A stretch of DNA of 64,000 bases from IMG/VR virus record IMGVR_UViG_3300021364_000001, positions 123,194 through 187,193 of that record. One strand, given 5' to 3'. A program made the position numbers and the translations under genes. Shown piece after piece: positions 36,801 through 46,171 of the stretch (its first letter is position 1; every line of letters starts with the position of its first letter). The notes below the pieces were generated by a model that saw only the letters and a list, made by a program, of their open reading frames with translations, was not told the origin of the DNA and ran no database searches. The stretch comes from a virus.

Positions 36801-39800
36801 GTCACTATCCTCAGAAGAGTTCTTAACGATCTCGATCAACTTAGGAATAATGTAGTTCTGTACGTTGTCGTTATCGAAGAATGCATACATTCTGGTCTTA
36901 GGCTTCACACGCTCAACGTCGAAACCGACGTTACGAGAGCGGATCCATGGGATGAATGTGCTATCGATAATGCTGTCACCCAGTGAGCGACGGTCAATTC
37001 TAGGAACAACTCTGAGTCGAGTACCAGATCTAACCTGACGACGTGTGGTAACAGTGGTCTGAGACGCCATAACACGTCTAGGCACACCACGAGCAAAGGA
37101 GGTCTCTCTCCATGTTCTGCCGTTTTGTCTTCTAGTACCAGTCCAGGTAGTTCTCCAAGCACGCCACTGTACAGGTGCGAAACCTTGGTTGTTGACATTC
37201 AGTCTCTGTCTGGTTGCTTGGAAGTTACCTTCAATAGTGGTAACACGAACAGGAGCACGACGTGTGTCAGTCCAGTCATCCGATGCAGGCAGAAGGTCGA
37301 TACGACCGATGAAAGTAAACACGTTGAACGGGTTCACGTTCTCCAATCTAGAAGCATACGGTTGAACGATGATTGCTTCGTTTTCGTATGGCAGTGTCAG
37401 GACGTTAGCGCCGATCTTACCACCCAGTGCAGGGTTGTCTCTCCACCAGACCAGGTTGCTAGACAGATCGGTTCTGTATTGCAGAGCAACGTTGGTAGTA
37501 TAGTGTGACGGTCTGAGGATGCCCTCAGTAAAGTCCATCGAACACTTGAAGTCCTGATTATTAACATCAGAAGAAGAGTGATCGGTGAAGTCATCTACTA
37601 GGAATCCATTCTTCAATCTATCGAAACCATCAGAGTCAAACGCTTTGAGGTTTCTAGCGTCAGATTCCAGCAGTGACAGAGAAGTATAGTATTCCAGGGA
37701 CTGCAAGCGGCGGTCCATGTTACCGATGTCTTCCATCGTGTAACGACGCTGCTGGTGCAGTGTGATCAGGATATCTTCATCTACATCATAAACATACGGT
37801 TCGTACTGGATCTTCGCCAGCAGCATAGCGTTGTCAATGTCATCTGCTTCTGGGGGATCCTCAGCAGGGACACCCTTAGACAGTTTCAGATCACCATCAT
37901 GTGCCATGAACAGTTTATCCTGTCTAGGCAGATAGTATTCATAGTCAAGACGAATCTGCTCTTCTACCTTAGGAATGTTGAAGATGGTAGAACCACCTGC
38001 ACCACCAGCAGAAGTGAAGACACGAGAATCAAAGTCAAGAGACTTACAGTTTGTATAGTAAGGTTGTTCAACTGTACCAGATCCAGAAGCAAGTTCACCA
38101 ACAGCAGGACGGAAGTCCAGAGTATCAGTCAGATACTTGGTGTTACGATCAGTTCTTTCTCTGGGGATCTCAGCAAAGTTGATACCAGTATAAGATTGGT
38201 TGGTAAAGTAATCACCAGATGCTTCGTGGATGAAGTAGTCAAACACAACTGCCAACTTACGCTTGGGTTCAGATGTGCCTGCCTTTCTCACCAGTTTGGA
38301 GACGCTGTAATAGAAAGATGTCTTGTTGGCATCGAGTTCAAAGTCAGCAGTGATGTTCTTAGAACCTTGTTCCAGAGCACCATCGCCGTCATCAATAACA
38401 GCAACGAGGTTGTTCAGATCATCATCGAAACCATCGATTGTTTCACCAGTGTTGAAGAACTCAGTAGAAACAGGTACAACATACAGTCTGTTATTAGCAG
38501 CGTTGAAGGATACCACACGCGCTCTGGCGTTAGAAGTACGACCAACAACCACAGAACCATTGTCAAAGAAGACGTTTTCTGTCAGGGTGATGTAAGGAAC
38601 CTTAGCATCTTCATCGTTCTCAGACTCATAAACGGCGTGCAGTTTATACACATCGTTCAGAGCAAAAGAGATTTCTTCGTCTTCGATACGAGTACCATAC
38701 AGGTTACCGTATGCCAGACCATAAAGAATAACGTCATTCTGATTTCTGGTGCGAATGACCTTCATGGTCCTCATCTTCGCAGCAGTCTTAATCTTCTTAG
38801 ATACTGTGTTCACAGACACAGCAGCGTTCAGAGTTACCTTAGTGATGTTGTTTACTGAACCACCAGAACCATCATTCAGACCAGTAATCAGCAGAGACTG
38901 TCTGTTAGCACCAAAGGACACACCGATAGTCGGGTTCTGCTTTTCAGATTCCTCTTCAATGTCAAGGTTAGTGCCAACTGCCCAACCATAACCAGTGTTG
39001 TCGTTAGCACCCTGGGTAATAGTCAGGTTATAGTTCTCACCATCAAGGGTAGTAAACTGCTCGTTCTCAGGCAGCGTGAAGGTCACGTCACCAGAGGAGA
39101 GGGGCTTGTCCTTAAACGTCTTGATAACAACGAACGATTCGTCAGATACCGACTTGATAGCACGCTTCGGCATGTCGATAGCAAGTTCACCATCTCTGTT
39201 AATCTTCTCAGTGAAGTAAGGACGGAGACGTGTTACCTGGGTGGCAGGATATTCACCATCAGTAATACTACCCTTTGTCAGAGAAGTATCAAGTTCTGCG
39301 GTCTGTGTACCGAAGTCAAAGACAGGTGATAGACCAGTATTCTTTCTATTGAGTGCTGTGAATGCGATGTTGGCAGGATCAATACGCTTAATACGAAGTG
39401 AAGTGCTACCTTTATTATCTGTCGCAGTTGGTGAAATGACATCACCAGCACGAAGGTCAGCAGAGAATACAGTATCGAAACCAACAACGTCTTGATCGCC
39501 TGCCTGATCAACAGTAAGAGTCTTACCAATCAAAGACAGAGATTCTGTCAGGGCAAGAGAAGCAGTGAAGATAACTGTGCTGTTGGTGCTGGACTCATAT
39601 CCAACCAGTTGTCTGACATCAGATCTCTCATAAGGATATACTGCATTCAGTACGTCCAGAACACGTCCGTCACGTTCGATAACTTCACCTTGCTGGAACT
39701 GACCAGACACCTGGTGAACCATTGCATAGTCAGCAGCGGCAGAGTGTACATAACCTCTGGCACCAGAAGAACGACCCACCAGCATCTCACCATCAATGAT

Positions 39801-41231
39801 GGTCTGAGAGGAAGCGAAGTTCAACGCAGTGAACATCTGGATATCGAAGAGGAAGCAATTATACTTATTGCCATCCTTTTCAAGTTGCAGGACTCTTGCC
39901 TTACCAATCAGATTACCCCTGACAGTATTAGAAGGACCAGTACCCAACCAGTCATCTCTAAGGTCAACAACCTGATAGCATTCTGTTACGTTCTCACCAG
40001 AGATACGAGGCCAACCCCAGACATCATATACCTGAACTGCCTGTGACAGATCGACAGGTACAATCTGGTTCTGACGACCAACAAAAGTACGAGGTTTAGG
40101 AGTATCAACATAGGTAGGTGCCAGAATCTGTGTTCTGTAACCTTTTACATATGCTCTACCAGGACCAACTTCAAGGGCAGCCCAGTTCTCAGATGCTGGT
40201 TGTCCCTCAGCAGAGGTCTCACCAGGTGTATAGACACCATTGTTAAAGTTATCATTCAGGTGCTCTCTGGCACGTACGTCGAACGTATCGACAACATAGT
40301 CACCATGCGTTTCATATGTCCTACGAGCAATCGACTTCTCGATCTCGTTATATTCCGTACGGTCAACAAAGTTCTCAACAGTCGAGTTCCTGATGCGAAG
40401 CAGTTCGATGAAGTTTTTGTCTGTCTCGTCATCGATTGGCTTCTTAACAAGTTGAGTCTTAATTCTGAATCGGTGAGCACCAGGAGCCGAGTAATTGGAT
40501 GCACCAATGGCGTTGTCTGTGAGAGACGGGTCATCCTCAGGTGTGATAATTGACTCGCTAACTTCAAATCCAACTCGGTAGGACGGGTTGTTGGTGTATT
40601 GGTCAAGGATAATGTACTCTGATTGGATATCAACAAAGTGTCCACGAATGAAGTAAACACCTTCACTGATGTAAGCAGTAGAACCTATCTGAGCAGCGTC
40701 TACGGGCAGAAGTTGAGCAAACGGAGAACCAGTCTCGATCAGAGTATTACCAAAGGTAATCTCCTGTTCAGCAACCAACTGTTCATTGTTTTGGAACTTC
40801 TTAGTTGTTACATCAGATGTAGTATCCCCAGATTCTACGTACTTGATGTAAAACGTGATGTAACCACGATCACTAGATGTGGCAGGAATAGAGTAAAGAA
40901 CCTTTGCCTTAATACCTGTGGTGAGACCTTCAATGATCTTACCTTCAAGTTGAGTTCTATAAGTTTCAACGTCCACACCCAGGAATGCCTGCTGGATGAG
41001 GATACAATCAACGTTCAAGTCATAACCGACCTGACCAGGGATGACCATCGCACCCTCTTTGAAGAGGTGCTGACCCATTGCTTCGATCTGATTCTGCAAG
41101 ATCGACTGCATGGTCGTAAGTTCCCTTGCCTGAATCGGGAACCCAGGGCGGAAGAGAACTCTGTAAAAGTTCTTGTCCTTATCGAAATCGTCGAAGTAAG
41201 GAGCAATGTTTAGATTAGTATTCTGGGGCAT
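33819..41231 (-). CDS. 2470-aa virion structural protein (DUF4815/VrlC-like)
   Basis: N-terminal MPQNTNLNIAPYFDDFD...FYRVLFRPGFPIQARELTTMQSILQNQ, APGAHR, FKNGFLVDDF, DPLAQSF, SNASTW-like C-terminal motifs. Confidence 0.85.
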   Translation of the reverse strand: MPQNTNLNIAPYFDDFDKDKNFYRVLFRPGFPIQARELTTMQSILQNQIEAMGQHLFKEGAMVIPGQVGYDLNVDCILIQQAFLGVDVETYRTQLEGKIIEGLTTGIKAKVLYSIPATSSDRGYITFYIKYVESGDTTSDVTTKKFQNNEQLVAEQEITFGNTLIETGSPFAQLLPVDAAQIGSTAYISEGVYFIRGHFVDIQSEYIILDQYTNNPSYRVGFEVSESIITPEDDPSLTDNAIGASNYSAPGAHRFRIKTQLVKKPIDDETDKNFIELLRIRNSTVENFVDRTEYNEIEKSIARRTYETHGDYVVDTFDVRAREHLNDNFNNGVYTPGETSAEGQPASENWAALEVGPGRAYVKGYRTQILAPTYVDTPKPRTFVGRQNQIVPVDLSQAVQVYDVWGWPRISGENVTECYQVVDLRDDWLGTGPSNTVRGNLIGKARVLQLEKDGNKYNCFLFDIQMFTALNFASSQTIIDGEMLVGRSSGARGYVHSAAADYAMVHQVSGQFQQGEVIERDGRVLDVLNAVYPYERSDVRQLVGYESSTNSTVIFTASLALTESLSLIGKTLTVDQAGDQDVVGFDTVFSADLRAGDVISPTATDNKGSTSLRIKRIDPANIAFTALNRKNTGLSPVFDFGTQTAELDTSLTKGSITDGEYPATQVTRLRPYFTEKINRDGELAIDMPKRAIKSVSDESFVVIKTFKDKPLSSGDVTFTLPENEQFTTLDGENYNLTITQGANDNTGYGWAVGTNLDIEEESEKQNPTIGVSFGANRQSLLITGLNDGSGGSVNNITKVTLNAAVSVNTVSKKIKTAAKMRTMKVIRTRNQNDVILYGLAYGNLYGTRIEDEEISFALNDVYKLHAVYESENDEDAKVPYITLTENVFFDNGSVVVGRTSNARARVVSFNAANNRLYVVPVSTEFFNTGETIDGFDDDLNNLVAVIDDGDGALEQGSKNITADFELDANKTSFYYSVSKLVRKAGTSEPKRKLAVVFDYFIHEASGDYFTNQSYTGINFAEIPRERTDRNTKYLTDTLDFRPAVGELASGSGTVEQPYYTNCKSLDFDSRVFTSAGGAGGSTIFNIPKVEEQIRLDYEYYLPRQDKLFMAHDGDLKLSKGVPAEDPPEADDIDNAMLLAKIQYEPYVYDVDEDILITLHQQRRYTMEDIGNMDRRLQSLEYYTSLSLLESDARNLKAFDSDGFDRLKNGFLVDDFTDHSSSDVNNQDFKCSMDFTEGILRPSHYTTNVALQYRTDLSSNLVWWRDNPALGGKIGANVLTLPYENEAIIVQPYASRLENVNPFNVFTFIGRIDLLPASDDWTDTRRAPVRVTTIEGNFQATRQRLNVNNQGFAPVQWRAWRTTWTGTRRQNGRTWRETSFARGVPRRVMASQTTVTTRRQVRSGTRLRVVPRIDRRSLGDSIIDSTFIPWIRSRNVGFDVERVKPKTRMYAFFDNDNVQNYIIPKLIEIVKNSSEDSDTNETPFVIGETVFGRKSGCRFRVAAPNDGLTTNPYSATNDALPDSYASQTSVLNIDTEVLSATVNPNFFGNFQVGEVLQGQTSGARAVVKDRRLVSDLVGIIKGAFWIPNPANDANPRWATGSRVFRLSSSEEDSRLPGAVDSAAEAEYTARGTLNTLQENILAVRNASVVRDTVTQRRTVRSVRTNTRQVGWWDPLAQSFLLEEQGGTFVTGVDIFFGTKDTKIPISMQIRPMENGYPTKDILPFSDVTLKPSEVEVSDNASIATRFNFPAPVFIPESEEHCFVLFSDSNEYKVWISRMGDIDITGTRTISEQPYAGVLFKSQNASTWTADQYEDLKFNLYRAVFNTSTIGNATFTNAELGLGNDGISSLNVNPLVTIQPKQQITFPTGASYNFTIGARVIQTPSGAEGTIEEFDSTSNPQTMTVTGIVGDFEQGFLDGNGDPFQALKSSQSIVTIVMSTVNNGTFEAGNVITGSSSGATAVVTAYDAGTQTITANYVDSQFDTANDTLSEPGGVSGTMTSAVYSGDSYVAYPAVAPSTRTEDRKVAVIHPNHGMHNRSNNVEIKNVESEIPPTELTATLSSSATTISVANAGSFHKIVNGRAISTTNPGYVMLTSRPAPPRVGALPGSDGATEGWFEILPLVTKEVIAYSAISDDGQTITVAPSGRANDGTAAAEWPTGTTVACYNLDGIPLTEINKVHTSIQDPTTDSYTLVTTSVATAGIRTGGYRVSATKNIPFELITPTIQIMQFKETGVSPTLNTTSGTSIGNGGTVVDQASFVNNGVYDDIQLNDENYFDNPRIICSKINEANKLEGNKSLTMKIAFDTSKNNLSPVVDLDRVSVITTSNKINSWEGGPQVLGLQSEINPQGDVSTLPYGDQNDAVYLTRVARLANVSRSIRVMVSMQRYGDSNIDIYYRIQKPGSEKQMNDIGFQKIPVPDIGSTNVGEEEWEDFEYVVEGEEFQAFQIKIVMKSKNQAKVPLIKDMRAIAFAS

Positions 41232-41234
41232 CTC

Positions 41235-42770
41235 TTAGAACTCGATTACGATTTTGATATCTTCAATTTGGTCACCAGCACGAGAAATCGCGCCTCTGTT
41301 ATCTATATAGATGATTTCGCCAGAGTTAGGTTCGATCTCTGACTTTGCATAACCATTGGTGAAGGACATACCAAGATCGTACTCAGTATTATTAATAATA
41401 CGAGTAGATGTACCAGACACAACAGGGAAGTTAATGTCGGGGTCAGCAGATGTACCCGATGTAGAACCAGTTACGGGGTTACCGCCTTCAAACTCTGTGA
41501 GGTTACCAGTAATCTCAGGGAACACACCGTCGATTCTGTTCTGGTAGTATTTCAGAACCTTGGTTGTGGCATTCCAGGAGATAACACGACCACGAGCAGT
41601 TACCTGCTGACCACCCACAGTTCTGGACTGTGTGATGATTTCGTCAGTCTGGAACTGTCCAGTGAACGTGGGAGAGAAGATCACTGCCTTTGTAGCGGAC
41701 AGTGTGATAGCAGATGTCAGTTCTGTCGTGCCATACTGATTGGGGTTGATCACCAAACCGATGCGACGGTAGTCGTTATCAGTCGGGAAGTCACCTGAAC
41801 CTTCGTCGTAGGTGAACTTAGTGTTGATCATCACACGATAACCGCCAAGTTCTTTGGCAGGGTCAGAACCATGACCAGTGTCGGGAGGAATGATAACGTC
41901 GATAGCAGCACCAGTACCTGTACCAGCACCAATACCATTGACTTCATCAATAACGACCTTACCGAAAGTGTATCCAGAACCACCCGAGGTCACCGTAGCA
42001 GAAACGATCTTACCACCGTCAACCACCAGAGAAACACGACCACCAACGCCATCACCCTTGATGGGAACGTTCTCATAAGTACCGTTGTTATAACCAGTAC
42101 CAGATGCTTGGATCACAACACTGTCAATCTCACCGCCAACAGCGTCACCAGTCACGGCAACGTCGCTAAGCACTGGCATATAGTCGTTCGAGAAGAACTT
42201 CAAAACCTGACCCACAGGGATCGTATACAGATACTTCCAACGATAGCCATCAGAAGTTGTGATAATACTAGTGGAGGTGCCAGTAGGCTCCACAGTAGAA
42301 GGTTTACCGTTAGGATCAGAAGGACTGGTGCCGTTATAGATGCACTTATAGACCTGATACTGCGAGTTAACGACGTAGAAGTCTGCGTCATACAGTTTCG
42401 TAGCACCTGACGATGCCGTCTTGGTCGAAGAGTAGTCATGACGATACATATCATAAACGTAACCCAGACCACCAGTAGTTTGCTCTGGGGGAGTCCAGTC
42501 AATACGACGAACAACCTGAATGGTATCCGAAGCAAGAACACGCTTCAAAGAGATCATGTCGGAATAGGTATCCGAAAACTCTTGGAACGAGTCAACAGGA
42601 GTCGGTGGTGCATTCTCGTTGTCCCATTCTTGGGGACGACCGATAAACACATAGAGACGATCTCTATTAGCGCCTGCAACCAAGTCGGACTGCGTGGGAT
42701 CAGCACCTTCCAAAGATTTAATGAATCTCTTCGCAGTGAAAATCCTAAATTGATCTGTTAGAAGTGCCAT
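41235..42770 (-). CDS. gp8: Baseplate wedge subunit
   Basis: LYVFIGRPQEW, MISLKRV, YVVNSQYQVYKCIYNG, DGYRWKYLYTIP, SGEIIYIDNR...EDIKIVIEF. Confidence 0.92.
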   Translation of the reverse strand: MALLTDQFRIFTAKRFIKSLEGADPTQSDLVAGANRDRLYVFIGRPQEWDNENAPPTPVDSFQEFSDTYSDMISLKRVLASDTIQVVRRIDWTPPEQTTGGLGYVYDMYRHDYSSTKTASSGATKLYDADFYVVNSQYQVYKCIYNGTSPSDPNGKPSTVEPTGTSTSIITTSDGYRWKYLYTIPVGQVLKFFSNDYMPVLSDVAVTGDAVGGEIDSVVIQASGTGYNNGTYENVPIKGDGVGGRVSLVVDGGKIVSATVTSGGSGYTFGKVVIDEVNGIGAGTGTGAAIDVIIPPDTGHGSDPAKELGGYRVMINTKFTYDEGSGDFPTDNDYRRIGLVINPNQYGTTELTSAITLSATKAVIFSPTFTGQFQTDEIITQSRTVGGQQVTARGRVISWNATTKVLKYYQNRIDGVFPEITGNLTEFEGGNPVTGSTSGTSADPDINFPVVSGTSTRIINNTEYDLGMSFTNGYAKSEIEPNSGEIIYIDNRGAISRAGDQIEDIKIVIEF

Positions 42771-42792
42771 CTTTCAGCAATTACCTTCCTTT

Positions 42793-42799
42793 TATTTAT
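42793..42799 (-). promoter_or_regulatory. Late promoter for gp8
   Basis: ATAAATA about 23 nt upstream of the gp8 start. Confidence 0.75.
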
Positions 42800-42804
42800 G
42801 GGGT

Positions 42805-44658
42805 TTACTCAGGTTCAGTTCTGACGAGATTAGTGTACTCTTGTTTGACAAACTCACCAGTAGCACCTGACGACTGACCAGAGAGAGTGTCGGAAGTCGT
42901 GAACTTATAAGTGTTGCCATTGTTGGTAATCTCTTTCAACTTGATATAGTGATATCCAAAGGAGTCTGCCTCTGGATTGATTGCCTCAGCAACAACAGCA
43001 GTGACACCTGTCGAGGATCCAGTGACGGTTTCTCCGACAGAGAACAAGGTATTGTTCCAGTTCTTAATTTGAATAGTGGTTGTAGCAATATGCTCAATAC
43101 CATCACCCAGTTCACCAGCAGTAGAAATAGTTGCAGTCAGAGGAACCAGGTTGGAGTCATAGATTTGATCGCCTTGCTGGAACAGAGTAGTGTTCTGACC
43201 ACCAACTGTTTCTTCAATACCATACAGAGAGGAAGCAATACCGCCGTCAAGACTGATCTCGTTCTCGAAGTCTGTATCAGTATTTACCAAGTCGATGATA
43301 CCGTCACCTGCACCATCTAATTCATCATCATCTTCAAAACGGAATCCTTCTAATGTAGAGAGAGGATCTGTAAAAGTGACAATACTCCCGTTTTCATCTT
43401 CAATCAAAACGTGAGGTTCAACACCTGTACCAGACGAAGCAGAAGAACCTGCAATGAACTGAATCACAGCAGTGCTTTCATTGGATCTACCACCATCAAT
43501 GAAGGCCAGTTCATCAACTTGGAATGTCAGGAACAGTTCTCTGGTATTAGGACGCCAGTCGTAAACGATAGCAACCTTGTTACTCTTATCTTCTTCAACT
43601 CTTCTAACACGGTCAGACACCGTGAAGGAATATCCAGAGATACCTGTATTGGGATCCGTAGCAAGATTATCAAGGATCACACGCTGGTCATAACGGAAGT
43701 TGATACCTCTATCACATCCAGTAAAGGAAATCGCTGTTTTACCTGTATATCTAACAATCTCCGTTCCAACTTGAAACTTACCAGAACCAGGGAACGCATT
43801 TGTGGTTTCTACATATATTGTTCCATCATTTGCCTCAACATCTCTGATGATGGCAGTCATATTGTAGAAGTCAGAGACAAGAGATGTTCTGTTTCTCTGC
43901 GCTCTGATCAGGTTGGTATCACGAGTAAAGATAACCTGAGGTGCAGAAGTATATCCACCACCAGGATTTAGTAGGTTGATATTAGTGATTCTACCTAGAT
44001 TGATCTCTGCCTCAGCGGCAGCACCAGATCCACCACCACCGATGATTTGTAGAATAGGAGGAGTCTCGAAGAACTCACCTTCTTCCGATACCGTAATACT
44101 TTCAATAACACCGAATTGGTTGACCTCAGCAACACCTTCGGCACCTGAACCACCGCCACCACCAGAGATAACAATAGTAATATCTTCGGAGGTATAGTTT
44201 CTGCCGTTGTTCTCAACAGCAAGACCAGTCACACCACCAGTGACAGGAACTAGTTCTGCACCAGATCCACCACCACCTCTGAGGTATGCCTCAGCGTTGA
44301 AGTATCCATCACCAGGTTGATTGACCTGCAAGAAACTAACAGAACCATCAGCATTTAGGTAAATGTTAGCATCTGCATCAGTAACACCTGGGTCATTACT
44401 AACGATATCTAAACGAAGAGGATCGTACCCTTCACCAGGATCGATTACATCAACAGAAAGAATTTCACCGTTATCGGCAATATTTGCCCTAAGAACGGCG
44501 TCTCTGATAGGGGTGCCACAATTACCAATAGACAACCTTGGTGGGTTGTTGGGGTCATACCCACTACCACCATTCGTTACGATAACGTCCTTAACTCCAT
44601 ATACAGAGTTAAAGACGGGCTCGATAGTTGCACCTGATCCTGGGACTGTTCTTGGCAT
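42805..44658 (-). CDS. Baseplate/virion structural protein (617 aa)
   Basis: Repeated V.N.G.GY...P.V.I.GGGG.GA.A modules as in cyanophage baseplate proteins; directly upstream of gp8. Confidence 0.75.
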   Translation of the reverse strand: MPRTVPGSGATIEPVFNSVYGVKDVIVTNGGSGYDPNNPPRLSIGNCGTPIRDAVLRANIADNGEILSVDVIDPGEGYDPLRLDIVSNDPGVTDADANIYLNADGSVSFLQVNQPGDGYFNAEAYLRGGGGSGAELVPVTGGVTGLAVENNGRNYTSEDITIVISGGGGGSGAEGVAEVNQFGVIESITVSEEGEFFETPPILQIIGGGGSGAAAEAEINLGRITNINLLNPGGGYTSAPQVIFTRDTNLIRAQRNRTSLVSDFYNMTAIIRDVEANDGTIYVETTNAFPGSGKFQVGTEIVRYTGKTAISFTGCDRGINFRYDQRVILDNLATDPNTGISGYSFTVSDRVRRVEEDKSNKVAIVYDWRPNTRELFLTFQVDELAFIDGGRSNESTAVIQFIAGSSASSGTGVEPHVLIEDENGSIVTFTDPLSTLEGFRFEDDDELDGAGDGIIDLVNTDTDFENEISLDGGIASSLYGIEETVGGQNTTLFQQGDQIYDSNLVPLTATISTAGELGDGIEHIATTTIQIKNWNNTLFSVGETVTGSSTGVTAVVAEAINPEADSFGYHYIKLKEITNNGNTYKFTTSDTLSGQSSGATGEFVKQEYTNLVRTEPE

Positions 44659-46142
44659 TAGACCACTACGATATTACCGACCATGAGAGAGTGAATGTTG
44701 CACTGATACACATATGTTGTACCAGCAGCAAGCGTCTGAGGAACTGTCCAGTATTGGACTCCATTGATAGAACCAGTAGTTCCACTAATCTGAGAACCAC
44801 CGTCAGAAACTCTCAGTTCCAAGGGGTGTCCAGCACCAGTCTGATTATCAAATCTGTATGTAAATCCACGATACACATAGATCGTAGGATCACTTGCATT
44901 GGAAAGACCAGGACCATTCACAGTATATGCTGTGCTACCAGAAGCAGTGAAAGCATAACTGATAGCGGGGGACGCTACTCCTTCATATGCAGATGCTCCC
45001 CGAATGAGGGACTGTCCTTCGTTGATACTGGGTAGCGCGACAGTGTTAGTAATAGTAAGCGTTGACCCAGAAAGCGCAGTAGTGATCCCAGTGCCACCAG
45101 CAATCGTGAAAGAAGAATCAGCGGCGTCAGCAGTATACGAACCAGTGTCTCCCGACAGACTTTGAAGGACATTTTGAACTACGTTAGGTGCGTTGTTGGT
45201 GATAGTGATAGCACCAGCATTCAAGTTAGTAGTAATTCCAGTACCACCAGTAAATGTCAGTTGGTCGGTGGTAGTTGTTGCAGTCGTAGTGCCGTTATCA
45301 GCGCCGAAGGTGGTGAACACATTCTGGTCCAGGTCACCCAGGGTGCCTGTCATATCAATAGTAAGAGTATCACCAACCAGAGTAGTGGAGATGTTAGTGC
45401 CACCTGCAATAATGAGGGTATCATTAGGAGCAGAAGCAGTGGTAGTGCCAGTATCAGCATTGACAGTCTCGAAGAGATTCTGTGTGGTGCCACCGCTACC
45501 ACCTGTTCCTTGCTCATCATTAGCAGGAGACCACTTACCAGTGGATTCAACCCATTTCAGAACCTGACCGTCAGACGGACCACCATTTACTGTGGTGTCT
45601 ACATCAGCGAGAACAGTGATGCTCTGGGTTTCATCTACCAGAGGGATCCAAGCAGCAGAGTGAGCGAAATATCCTTTACCTGTGCCATGTACATGGGCAA
45701 ACATACCATGATGGTTAGTTGCATCAGGTAGATCTGCTAATTCGGCATAAGGTGCATACCATTTGAGGTATCCATCATCACCATCAATATAGGTATATGC
45801 AGAACCAGATCCACCTGCCCACAGTTGGATGTCGCCAGTGCCAGTCTGTTTAAGTACGATGGCATCTGCACCATCAGACTGAATCTCATTACCATTGGTA
45901 TCAAGATTACCAGTCAGCAGGTTATAGTCTGCCCCACGGAAGGCAGGAGTAGGAGTGGTGCTCCATTGGAGAACCTGTCCCTCAGTAATACCAGCACCGA
46001 TATCAATTAGAATCTCAGTGTTGTTACCAAGACGTTCATATAGTTCATCAAAGTTAGCATTATATTTGATAGCACCGTCTCTTAGGGTATCACCTGTCCC
46101 ATCATTTGCCGAAGATCCAATACCGACTAACTGCTTTGTCAT
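44658..46142 (-). CDS. gp9/gp10-like baseplate-attached fibre with C-terminal cupredoxin-like domain
   Basis: MTKQLVGIGSSANDGTGDTLRDGAIKYNANFDELY resembles T4 gp9/gp10 N-termini; C-terminus GHPL...YQCNIHSLMVG. Confidence 0.75.
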   Translation of the reverse strand: MTKQLVGIGSSANDGTGDTLRDGAIKYNANFDELYERLGNNTEILIDIGAGITEGQVLQWSTTPTPAFRGADYNLLTGNLDTNGNEIQSDGADAIVLKQTGTGDIQLWAGGSGSAYTYIDGDDGYLKWYAPYAELADLPDATNHHGMFAHVHGTGKGYFAHSAAWIPLVDETQSITVLADVDTTVNGGPSDGQVLKWVESTGKWSPANDEQGTGGSGGTTQNLFETVNADTGTTTASAPNDTLIIAGGTNISTTLVGDTLTIDMTGTLGDLDQNVFTTFGADNGTTTATTTTDQLTFTGGTGITTNLNAGAITITNNAPNVVQNVLQSLSGDTGSYTADAADSSFTIAGGTGITTALSGSTLTITNTVALPSINEGQSLIRGASAYEGVASPAISYAFTASGSTAYTVNGPGLSNASDPTIYVYRGFTYRFDNQTGAGHPLELRVSDGGSQISGTTGSINGVQYWTVPQTLAAGTTYVYQCNIHSLMVGNIVVV

Positions 46143-46164
46143 GATCGTTCTTTTTTTACAGTTC

Positions 46165-46171
46165 TATTTAT
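46165..46171 (-). promoter_or_regulatory. Late promoter overlapping upstream stop
   Basis: ATAAATA; its TAA is the YHYH-protein stop. Confidence 0.7.
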
